Assembly (NCBI GenBank): GCA_040954595.2
Contig: CM082587.2
Span: 11,227,403-11,291,402 of the forward strand
Direction of reading: 5' to 3'
Origin: Balanoglossus misakiensis
Taxonomy: Eukaryota; Animalia; Hemichordata
DNA: 64,000 bases
Position 1 is the stretch's first letter. Each line of letters begins with the position of its first letter. The position numbers were made by a program, and so were the translations under genes. The notes beneath the pieces were generated by a model. The model did no database searches. It was not told where the DNA came from and saw only the letters and a program-made list of their open reading frames with translations. Below, piece after piece: positions 25,984 to 36,809 of the stretch.

Positions 25984-26262
25984 TTGTCTCATAACGTTTG
26001 ATGTTTGCATAATAAAACAAGGGTTTAACATGATGAATGTGTTTGTTTTGTCTTGGGTATTCTTGCTTATAATGTGCTCACCTTTAAAGTAGTCCATTTT
26101 TCATAGTTCAATAAACTCCCGGATAGGGGGGCCACTCTCTGTGCCCTCTGCATTTTGCAGGCCGGCCTTTCGCATGGTCCTGTCCGGGGGTGTCCCCTTA
26201 TGTTATCTAGAATGCACTGTTGGTTTATATTATAGCCCTAGTTTCTGTTTGTTCCTCATTAG

Positions 26263-29200
26263 ATTGTTCAAGTTTGGGAGTTAAAGAATCCTGTCAATAT
26301 CAAGCTACTTCCAAAAACTTCGTATGATTGGACAACGCTTGGGGGCACCCCCGGACAGGCTCCTGATGGTAACATGTTCGAAGTGTTATCTTTGGTCTCC
26401 AATGGTTTGAGAAAAGTATCTCTTAGTGAAATGTCATTCAGAAACCCAGATCAGTTTATTGCTGGCGAGCTGCACAAATACCCAGATGCATGGAATGAGC
26501 TTACGATGGATCTGGTAAATAAACATGAAATCATGTCTTGGATTTCGAATGGTGTGAAAGTGTCTCCATATCTACGCCATTTCTCAGGAGGTTTTAAAGG
26601 ACAACAGTTTTTCCATGATCTGCCTCCTCCTAGACAGTTTAACAATCCCCCTAGCAACAAGGATTTTGCTCCATTTATAGCAAAGACGATAGCTGACCGA
26701 TTAAAAACAGGTGCTGTTTCGGTTTGGGGTATTGTCGGTCGTGATCCTCCTCCTCATGTTGTGATGCCAATCGTTGTTGAGCCCAAGAAGCCAAGGATGT
26801 GTATAGACATGAGGTACTTAAATCTATGGATTCAAGATATTCCGTTCAAGCTCGACAAGTTGGTTGATGTTAGTCGTTACCTGCACAAAGATGACTATCA
26901 AGTCAAGTGTGATGATAAAAGTGGTTATGACCACATTCTTGTATATGAACCGGATAGAACATACTTTGGTTTTCAATGGGGGGAGTTTGGTTTGTGTGTA
27001 ATACTTTGCCGTTTGGGTGGAAGCTTTCAGCTTATGTTTATCATACTGTTGGTTACGCCGTCACTAGTTATGCTAGAAAGCTTGGGGTTCCATGTATCCA
27101 ATATATTGACGATCGCCATGTGGGACCTTTACTGGTATGTCACGACCGGTTAGAAAGGAAATTGTCTCCTTTTGAACGCGCAGAAGCTTCGGCTTTTATA
27201 TTAGCCTCTATTTGTGTACTGGCGGGTTATTTCTTAGCGTTACAGAAAAGTATCCTAACACCCGTTAAGTCTTTAGTTATGTTAGGTATGCAGGTCGACT
27301 CGCCTTTAGAGGCGTTCATTGTTCCACAGATTAAGATTGATAGATTTTTGGAATTAACGAATGATATTCTTAGTAAACGGGCAGTCCCTCTCCCTCTGAT
27401 TCAAAAAGTTATGGGGAAGTGTATGTCTTTCGCGCTTGCAATTCCATCTGCAAGATTATACATTCGTCAAATGGCTCTATCGGTGTCAAAAGCTCAGGGA
27501 AAAGCAACATTTCTTGTCCCAATAAGGCAAGAGTTAGCAGAGGAGCTAAGGGAATGGCAAAACATAATTGTTAATGCAGGTCCGTTCAAATGGCTTAAAG
27601 AAAGACACTATGCTCTTAAATTGTTTACAGATGCTAGCGCTTATAAATGGGGGGCTGTTTTACATCCCGATACCACCGTTAACGAGAGTATGTCAGTTGA
27701 AATAAGCGATTTCTGGGAGGATTCATTCCGGAATGAGTCTATAAACGTAAAAGAAGCAGAAGCTCTACACCGCTGTCACGATTGAGTTTTAACGATCATA
27801 GATCTTGTTTATGATTAAGTAAGAAGTCATTCACTTGTATGGTTTTAGTCCAGTATTGACATAGGTACTTGACCCAGAGTAAACAAGATTGTGTAATTGA
27901 TACATGTCAGAACGAGATAGAGATATCACGCGCTAAGTTCATGTTTAAGAAATATTAAGATGACGTGTTCCTTTTATGACTTAATACTTGACTAACGTAT
28001 TAATAAGGTGTGGTGAAATTTGAGATCACACTATTATAACGGGAGATCCGTGATGGGAGTCAACGAGCATGGATCGAGTCGTGTAATTCTTACGTGTGAC
28101 CAGTAATAAACCAGAACTTTGTGTTACTCGGAGAACTTGTTGTAAGTCTCTGTCTACGAAAGGTTTACGATCTGCCGGGTACCTCTCTCGGACTTTATGA
28201 ATATGTTGGGTGGAGAAGGAGATGGAGAGAAGTTACGCCGTCAACCTTCGGACATGGCTGATTTCCCGCAGAAGCGTCCGAAGGAGGTGAACGTCCGAGG
28301 GAGGACGGTCGGCCGTAACAACATGGTGTTAGATTCCGGGTAGGCAGAGATGTTGCAACTGATTCCTGAACCGAGAAAGAAATAAGAAGAGAAAAAGCTG
28401 GCGAAACTGACGATCCAATGGTCTGCTTCAGAAGGAAACGAGAACAGAAAAAAGGTTGGTGCTGACTGTTGACTGCATGGAATGCGTGGACGGGTTTTCA
28501 ACGATGGATCTGTTGTTTGATCAGAGGGGCGTCGTATCCAGAAGCATGTAGTTGAAGCAGTTCGGGCGACGAAGAAAAGAGGTCTCGTGGAATGAAGAAG
28601 GGAAGACTCTTGAATCGTCTGCTATCGCAAAAGAACTGTGATAGAATGATATTGAACTGAATAATCAGCCTTTTTAATCTATAGTTTGGGAGATTTGATC
28701 ATTGAAATATTGCGTGATCGTATTTTCTTTGTCTACTCTGACGTGAGTTAGTAGACGTGAGTTGACTGACCGTTATTTAACCGCTTTTGATTTGATATTG
28801 TTTTCCACCAAGTTTTTGCCTTGTTTTCGACATTGTAAATGTGTATTCTTTTGTTGAAGTGATGCCGTGAAGTGTAGTGAAGTTTTATAGGTTTTTGAGG
28901 AGTTGTTGAAGTTTTTGTGATGACCGCAAGAGAGACGGTCTGGTGATGAAGTCGTGATGTTTTGATGACCGCAAGGGAGACGGTCTGGCGTATGAAAATG
29001 GCCCCTTGAGTTGGCATGTGAGTTCATACGAGGGACAAGAGAGAAGTCCCAGAGTGTAGTTGATTTTATTGTAGTTTTACGCATCCTTTCACATAAGAAT
29101 TCGTTTCCATTGTCGTGGTTATTTTTGGAGGTGACAGTATGATGAAGTGTATTATGTTTGTACACAAGAACTATCAGACTTGATTTTTTTACGCGGTTAT

Positions 29201-30679
29201 TGACTGTTGAATTTTGCACTGGAAAAGAGACACTCTTTGACGAGAAGTCAGAACAGTGAAGTCGTTTTGAATTTTGACATTGAAAACGTTTTATGAGATT
29301 TTCTTCAATTTGTTTGAACAGGCTGTGATATTTTAAAGGTGATTATTGAGTTTGATTTTGACGTAGTTTATTTAAAACCGATTGCGCAGACCTGGTTTTC
29401 GTTTTCATTCTTTCTTTGATCGAACGTGGAAGTTCGATTATTGGAAAAGTGGGAAGTGTCACGATTGAGTTTTAACGATCATAGATCTTGTTTATGATTA
29501 AGTAAGAAGTCATTCACTTGTATGGTTTTAGTCCAGTATTGACATAGGTACTTGACCCAGAGTAAACAAGATTGTGTAATTGATACATGTCAGAACGAGA
29601 TAGAGATATCACGCGCTAAGTTCATGTTTAAGAAATATTAAGATGACGTGTTCCTTTTATGACTTAATACTTGACTAACGTATTAATAAGGTGTGGTGAA
29701 ATTTGAGATCACACTATTATAACGGGAGATCCGTGATGGGAGTCAACGAGCATGGATCGAGTCGTGTAATTCTTACGTGTGACCAGTAATAAACCAGAAC
29801 TTTGTGTTACTCGGAGAACTTGTTGTAAGTCTCTGTCTACGAAAGGTTTACGATCTGCCGGGTACCTCTCTCGGACTTTATGAATATGTTGGGTGGAGAA
29901 GGAGATGGAGAGAATGTACGCCGTCAGCCTTCGGACGTGGCTGATTCCCCACAGAAGCGTCCGAAGGAGGTGAACGTCCGGAGGACGACGGGCGGCCGTA
30001 ATAACACCGCACTTTGTTAGCTCTTGGAGATAAAATAGATAATCTACGATTAGATGTGGCTGTAGATTCACTTGTATTAGTACAAGCGTGGAATAATGGT
30101 TCTCCTGGTTCAAAGTCATTAAAACTCAATCAGATCCTCAAGAATATATTTCACGTAGCTGTAGAACGAAATGTATGGTTGAATTTATCCCATGTTAGAT
30201 CAGCAGCCAATCTTGCTGACTATGTATCGAGAAATGTAAACGAAAATGACACCACCCTTACTAGTACGGCTTGGCAGAGAATAAATGATCAGTTTGGTCC
30301 ATATGATGTAGATGCGATGGCCATATGTTCCAACGCAAAATTGTCTCGTTTCGTAGCTCCTTATCCCCAACCTAATTGTGAAGGGGTCAATTTCTTTGCA
30401 CATACGTTTCAAGAAGCCGATAGGTTGTTCATATTTCCCCCTGTATGCTTGCAATTGCCAGTGGTGAGACATGTAATTTCGGAAGGTTTATCAGCCACTG
30501 TTCTATTAGAAGTCCACAATTTTACGCCTTTATGGTGGCCATTAGTTAAGAAACATGGATCAGTCTGTGTGCAAGTTGCGTCTAAAGGAGAGGATAATTT
30601 CATTCTTGTCCCATCAAAAAATGGCTATGTTCACGCGAAAACTAAAGGAAAGTTATTTGCAGCAACTTTTGGCAGTTAG
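26263..30679 (+). pseudogene. pol: PAT/DIRS pol: RT, RNase H and adenine-methyltransferase-like domain; frameshift in a G-run at ~26980 and LTR-element insertion at 27774-30006
   Basis: KPRMCIDMRYLN, DDKSGYDH, LPFGW, YIDD, LFTDAS, SINVKEAEALHR|TLL, VAVDS, NLADYVSR, then FGPYDVDAMA...FIFPP. Confidence 0.9.
27774..30006 (+). mobile_element. Non-autonomous LTR retroelement (TRIM-like), 2233 bp
   Basis: 550-bp LTRs at 27774-28323 and 29457-30006 (TG..CA); 4-bp TSD ccgc; PBS-like tggtgttag at 28324; PPT ggaaaagtgggaag at 29443-29456; 1.1-kb interior without recognisable ORFs. Confidence 0.92.
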
Positions 30680-30766
30680 GCAATTACTATTAAAAGCTTC
30701 ATCTATTGAATAATACAGCTGTTTCAAGATTAAAGTTGTGTACTTCTACATTTTATATTTCATTAG

Positions 30767-32065
30767 GAATGTTGGTTATGTGGTACTCAGTTACTCTGCA
30801 ATTCTCCTGGTCAAGAGGACAAAAAACAGTGCCATATTTGCTCAGCCAAAGTAGTCAGCTCAGTTCCTTATCCGTCCGAGAGGGGGCGCACTCAGGTTGA
30901 TCTTGATATCATCGATGCTCGAATGAATGATCTACTGGGTTCAAAATCAGCTTATGAAATCCAGAAAGACAAATTGGTACAAAATTTGGAATCTTTCTTA
31001 AGTGGACTCCCTCAGCCTAAAGACCTTACTCAAGCGATGCCAGTAGATATTGTCAGATTTCTTATCCATAAAGACAAACATGCTCGAACTCAGGTTCATA
31101 TAAATACATGTCCGTTCCTGGGTAGTGTTACCAGAAAGTTTGATCAGTGTGAATGTCCTAAACGTCTACGTTTAGGCACCTTAAAAAATATAGCTGCTAA
31201 ATTAAAGTCCTTTTATGGGGTGATGCTAAATCTGGGTTTATGTAAGACAAACCCAATCGCTTCTACCTTGGTTGACAGATATATTAAGAAATCCGGTGAA
31301 GAGCAGGCCAAAGCACATATAACTCCTAAACAGGCCAAGCCGATTTTTACTAATAAGATAAGGATCCTTCTAGATTACATTTTAAGTAAACTAGTGTCTA
31401 GCACTTCACGTGTTGAAGCATACGTCTATGCTAAAGATATTACCATATTTAAGGTATTAATGATGTCCGGAGATAGGGCAGGAGATCTTGGCCAGATCAA
31501 AACTCAGGAAATCTTAAGGTTGCCAGATAATTCTGGTTTCATATTTAATCATACTTTTGGTAAATCTTTAAGAGGTGAACAGAGTAATTTATTCACAATA
31601 AAGCGTTGTAATGACAAGACGTTATGCGCCGTGAGTACGATAGAGGAATACATTAAGTTAGCGAGAAGTTTTGATATAGATTTACGGTTTGGTTATCTTT
31701 TTCGTCCAACAACCCCATGTGGTCAAGTTGTGCAAAAACCCATATCCTCGCAAGCTATTTACCAACGTCTGAAAACATATTTGCAAGTGTTAAATATTGA
31801 CCAAGGTGAAACTCCTCACAGCTTTAGGAGTGCATGTGCAATAATTTTAGCATTGGCAGGTTCACAGATCTCAGATCTCATGGACCATGTTGGTTGGAGA
31901 TCAGAAAAGACTGCAAACCACTATATGCAGCTCCATAAGGTTGGAAAAGCAGAGGCTCCTGCTTCTAGGTTAATAGATGCTATTGATACTCGTGATGATA
32001 TTACTCTTAAATATGAAAATTTGGAGAATATTGTAACTTCTTGTAGACCAGCCTTTTATCAGTAG
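30767..32065 (+). CDS. Tyrosine recombinase (phage-integrase family) of the PAT-like element; intact frame (first ATG 30923; open from the acceptor at 30767 with CxxC..CxxC)
   Basis: GDRAGDL, TPHSFRS, DHVGW and NHYM supply the R-H-R-H/W-Y residues. The 52 codons upstream of the ATG read ECWLCG...QCHIC without a stop. Confidence 0.9.
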   Translation, partial: ECWLCGTQLLCNSPGQEDKKQCHICSAKVVSSVPYPSERGRTQVDLDIIDARMNDLLGSKSAYEIQKDKLVQNLESFLSGLPQPKDLTQAMPVDIVRFLIHKDKHARTQVHINTCPFLGSVTRKFDQCECPKRLRLGTLKNIAAKLKSFYGVMLNLGLCKTNPIASTLVDRYIKKSGEEQAKAHITPKQAKPIFTNKIRILLDYILSKLVSSTSRVEAYVYAKDITIFKVLMMSGDRAGDLGQIKTQEILRLPDNSGFIFNHTFGKSLRGEQSNLFTIKRCNDKTLCAVSTIEEYIKLARSFDIDLRFGYLFRPTTPCGQVVQKPISSQAIYQRLKTYLQVLNIDQGETPHSFRSACAIILALAGSQISDLMDHVGWRSEKTANHYMQLHKVGKAEAPASRLIDAIDTRDDITLKYENLENIVTSCRPAFYQ

Positions 32066-34309
32066 CTGGTTCTTCTGTGAAAACTGTTACATTTGGATTT
32101 GTAATTTGACTGTACAATGTACCTGTAGTATAGGGTGAATATTTGCCACTTGTTTGTTCATCTGATATTTTGTGTCTGGAGACTGCTATGAATTTCTATT
32201 AGTTTCATTAAATATCAATGTGATTATTTTAGAGATGAATCTGCTCCATTTTTCAGTTTGAATGTGTATGGTTACCACTTTTATTCCTTGGATGTAATGA
32301 TGTTCTCATATGTTAATTGCTGGGAATGTTTCTATTGTTATGAGGAATGGGGGAATTATTTTGAATAAAGGTTTTTGATTGATTTAGGTATGGGTTGTGT
32401 GTTTTATGGTTTAGGTAGAATTATTACGCTTTAGGCAGTATGTGGACGGTAAAAAGATACCCTTACCCATTCCTTATAACAATAGGCTATATCATTGAGC
32501 TAAGTAATAAGGCTTTAAATATTATATTATTCAAAGCCTCATTACGCAGCGATATCTTTACGCATCTCATAAATATTTATAAGGCATGAGTATAAATAGG
32601 GCAACATAATTGGTACACTTAGTTTGTCACTCGATAACGGAGGAGACTCAGAGACAACGGTAGAAGCGCGTACATTTGGGGGTAGGCGTGGGGTTGTGGA
32701 GGTACTTTATTTAGCCTGACCCTCCCTCCCTCCCTAAAGCTTGTTAACGCTATTTTGCGCATGGTTTAGCCTATTAAAAAGATACCCTTACCCATTCCTT
32801 ATAACAATAGGCTATATCATTGAGCTAAGTAATAAGGCTTTAAATATTATATATTTAGTAGTGGAGTGGTCAAGGACCCCCTGGTTGGGGACCCTTGTGT
32901 TACGCAGAGAGGAAGAAAAACAGGTTGCCACTCCTCGCGGTACAGTGATTTTGGGTGGGTGGGCGGGAGTTTTCCATGCACCATTCGATGTGATGTGACA
33001 CCTGGGTGTATGCGCACTCCAATTATATATAGGTATCTTATGAATATTCATATTCAATCAACCAATCACTACGCAGTGTAGATAGTTCCTTATCCCCAAT
33101 GCATAGTATGTTTTCGTATGATTTAGTAGTGGAGTGGTCAAGGACTCCCTGGTCCCCCCAAATAATACTTCTTTAGATTCATAATCACCCCTTCTCTCAT
33201 GCCTTCTCTCCAAACCTCATCAACACAAAACAACCCCACAGCCATATATCAGCACGGGAGGAGACTCGAGCCCGGCTTTCCATCCCGTCCATCGAACTTG
33301 TCTAAGCAATCTGTCTTTCATTGCCTCTCTTGGATCAAAAATCACATTACGTTCCCATGCACTCATACCAGACATCGGGTTAAGAGACTAAGAAGAAAAA
33401 CCACGGGAGAAAATACTATCAATAATTTTGTCGATAAAGAAAATAACAGTAGCATAAGACACACAACCAGGGGGTTATAATTAAACCCCCAAGGCCAGGA
33501 AGAAAAAATAAATTGTTCATCGGAATCGCCGCTTCTACTTTGGATGATTTGGAATTTTTTTTGGGGGGGGGGATCTCGGCAAATATTCTATTTCCGTGTT
33601 ACAACATCCTTAGTCACTGCCGCTGGTGGCCAGAATATGTTGTGCAAACACCAACTGTAAAGTTAATTGCCTATGTTATTGTTGGGAAATATAGTATTGA
33701 ATTCAGTTACAAGTACATGTATCAGTGTATTTTGTCTGAGATATTTCTGGTAAAAAGGGAAACAATTATCTCGCCTTTTCTGCATCTGTGCAAATATGCC
33801 AGAGAACCGCATTTACTTTCAGCCTAAAAAATAAATAAAAATAAAAATATTCGCTCGCCGCTCCTGGACCTTGGTCCAAAAAATCTGATGAACAAGATTT
33901 TTTTCCTCTCTGGCCCAAGGCCCTTTTTTTAAGGCAAGCCAGCATTTAGTGAGCTGACTATACCTAAGGGCTATCGAAATAATAACATCAAATAAACATC
34001 CGGAAAGAAAACAAATTTCACACATGCACAACTGCATAATCAAATAATCATTACTATATCACATGTTTCCCATTGAAACACCTTTGCCCAGTATTCATAC
34101 ATAATTCATCACTCGTCAAATATTACATGTCTCTCAATAGGACAATCCCATACAAGTACGCACACCTGTATAATCAGCCAATCACTATGTGAATCACATA
34201 AATACTCAAACAAAATCCACGCATAAAAATTTACATGTCTCTCAACAGGACACATCCTACTTCAATATGCATACCTATGTAATCGGCCAATCACATGTCT
34301 CTCATGGGA

Positions 34310-34690
34310 CACAAAAAAAATTACGTGTCTCCCACTGGACACCTAAATTAAGTATTCAAAACACGTGTCAAATTTTATCACAAAAAACTTACGTGTCTCC
34401 CACTGGACACCCAATTTCAGTATTCAAAACACGTGTCAAATTTTATCACAAAAAACTTACGTGTCTCCCCACTGGACACCCAATTTCAGTATTCAAAACA
34501 CGTGTCAAATTTTATCACAAACACTTACGTGTCTCCCACTGGACACGCAATTTCAGTATTCAAGACACGTGTCATATTATATCACAAAAACTTACGTGTC
34601 TTCCACTGGACACCCTATTTCAGTATTCAAAACACGTGTCAACTTTCATCATGAAGCATACGTACGCGTGTCTCCCACTGGACACCCCAA
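34310..34690. repeat. ~68-bp minisatellite, ~5.5 copies plus degenerate flanks
   Basis: ttacgtgtctcccactggacac at 34321, 34389, 34457, 34525 and 34592. Confidence 0.93.
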
Positions 34691-35662
34691 AACTAATTAT
34701 ATCAAAAACTTATATACTTCATGTCTCTCAACAGGACAAACCACTTCAATACAGAAAACGTACACACCTGTGTAATCACCTATTCACAAGTCATAAACTC
34801 GTCACAGATTTCCTTTCAAATACTTACCATAAATTATCGCATAATTTTTGTACCAACACACATGTACAAAAGCTAACCAAACCGCTTTTTTCAAATCTTC
34901 ATACTCAACTTGAAGTACACTATGACAAAATTCATATGAATAAATATCGCACTGCAAACACAGAAAAACAACTTACCGCCTTGTTTTGAGGTGGCGGTCT
35001 CAACTCAGCAGCCTGGGTAGGCCAAGTTGCCTGAGAGGTAGAACCCGACACAGAACCCATTACACCGCTTGGTACACTCACACGTCTTGGTAGTTGGTTA
35101 CCACCCTTTTGCAGAGGTTTTGGCTACTGTGCTTGTAGTTGTGAAGTACCCTGCACTACAGGTTGTGAAGTAGACTGCATGCTGTACCGCGAGGAGTAGG
35201 GTCTGCTCTCTAGTTATCCATGCACCGTTCGATGTGATGTGACAGCTGGGTGTATGCGCACTCCAATTATATATAGGTATCCTATGAATATTCATATTCA
35301 CTCAACCAATCACTACGCAGTGTAGATAGTAAAAATATAAAACATGCGACCTTGATTAATGAGCAACCTATCGACCAAACCATACATAAAGTTTTGTTGA
35401 GCTTGATACCGTCCAGAGTTCCGGCCCGACGGCCAGTATCGCTTCTCGGCCTTTTGGCTAAGATCATTGGTTGTTACTGGTGTGTTATATCCAATCCAAG
35501 AAGAGTATTTCTACAGGTGGTTTTTTCATCGTTCGACGTCCTCGTGGAGCTTCGTTTCTTCTTTTCTTTTGGTATCAGCCAGGTGGACGCGAGCGTGAGT
35601 TGCTTCTTTTTTAGCTTCTCATTTTTCTTTGTCGTTTTTGATTTTTTGATTTTCGCTTCAGT

Positions 35663-36800
35663 ATGGTGCGTAAAGACCGCACCTTGTTGTTGAAGTTTCG
35701 GGAGGGTGTGAGTGGGTCGGGTAGGATTTTTGAGTTATTGCGTGAGGCGGGTGTGTGTGCAGAGACCCATCTGCAGGCGGTCCAAAGATTGCCGGGTCGA
35801 TGTGTAGATGTAACGTTTAGGACATTGTCTTTTAGACGTCAGTTTGAAGACGTCTTGAGGGGTGCGAAAGAGTTCGAAACTCAGACTTATAGTTCTGATG
35901 TTGTTACGCTGACTGCCTTGTATATTGATAATGAGTTAGACGACAATTTTGTCCAGCGGATTTTGTCTGGGTACGGGACGGTCCTGGCAGGCAGGAAGTG
36001 TGTTTTCAGGGAGGAGCCTTCGGTGTACAATGGTACGAGGCAGTAGCGTGTGCGGTTGAAAAAAAACATCCCTTCGACGATCAGGATTGGTACGCGCAAC
36101 GTGTGGCTGTCCTATCCTGGACAGCCACGTACCTGTGTTAGATGTGGCTAGGTGGGGCACCTGGCCAAGGAATGTAGTAACATTAATTGCTTCCGGTGTG
36201 GTCAGTTGGGCCACCATGTGAATAAATGTACCTTTGATGTGAAGTGTTCCGTTTGTGGGGGGAGGGCCATGTGTTTAGAAATTTCATTTGCCAATAGAGT
36301 GTCCCTGACGAAGTCTTGGCTACCGACGTCGGAAGCCGCTCTGTCCCCTAGCGTGGAAGTGGTAAATAAAATAGTTGATGATATTGTGGCGGCGGCGGTC
36401 AATACGGCTCTGGGGAAGTCGTCTGCAGAGCACGTTTGTGAAGATTCTGTCCCAGGTGCTGAGTGTTCTGTTTTTTCAGACGAAATTACGCCTGGTCAGG
36501 GTGACCAGGTACAGACTTCAGGTAGTGTACAAAGTGTTGCGATGGAGGTCGAGGAAGGGCAGCAACAGAATTCGGATTTTTTTTAGTCCAAGGTCATCCT
36601 TTTCATCTTTGGAAATGATTTCCACTTTTTCTGCTAAGCGTCCAGTGTCCTCCAATGAATCTGAGGAGGATTCCAAGCGAGTTGCTGTTGCTGTTGATAG
36701 CGAAGCCGACTCTGATTGTTCAGTGACCTCATATGCGTCTGGTTCTGTTTCTTCACAGTCTACAGTTGAATTACGTCAAAAGGCGTTAGATTCTGTTCGT
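35663..36800 (+). pseudogene. L1/Tx1-type non-LTR retrotransposon ORF1 (ZCCHC3-like, three zinc knuckles), decayed; ORF2 absent
   Basis: YNGTRQ*RVRLKKNIPSTIRIG..WLSYPGQPRTCVRCG*VGHLAKEC, CFRCGQLGHHVNKC and CSVCG. In-frame stops at ~36044 and ~36148. Confidence 0.8.
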
Positions 36801-36809
36801 CTTTCATCC

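Larger units (their letters stand above)
23911..32852 (+). mobile_element. PAT-like (DIRS order) tyrosine-recombinase retrotransposon with split direct repeats A1-ORFs-B1-A2-B2
   Basis: A1 23911-24028 = A2 32528-32647, and B1 ~32450-32527 = B2 ~32775-32852. The B1/A2 junction tattatat|tattcaaag equals the joined element ends. There is no TSD (empty site cgtatg|atttag at 33115-33126). It carries gag, RT-RH-MT and YR ORFs. Confidence 0.92.
23875..35330 (-). mobile_element. Non-autonomous PAT/DIRS-like element with split direct repeats (~2.5 kb net), hosting the autonomous element in its B2 repeat
   Basis: Minus-strand order is A1 (35330-35217) ... B1 (33153-33085), A2 (33086-32972), spacer, B2 (32885-32853 + 23910-23875). 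A degenerate leader exon at 35180-34977 has a GTAAGT donor. Confidence 0.75.

Noticed and set aside
26976-26985. Programmed frameshift in the PAT-like pol
   Set aside because: It falls in a G homopolymer in the middle of the RT domain, so a 1-bp deletion or sequencing error is more likely.
23911-32852. Prophage or bacterial integrase/methylase/retron-type system
   Set aside because: RT-RH-MT plus YR, a CCHC gag and split direct repeats are the standard make-up of eukaryotic DIRS-order retrotransposons.
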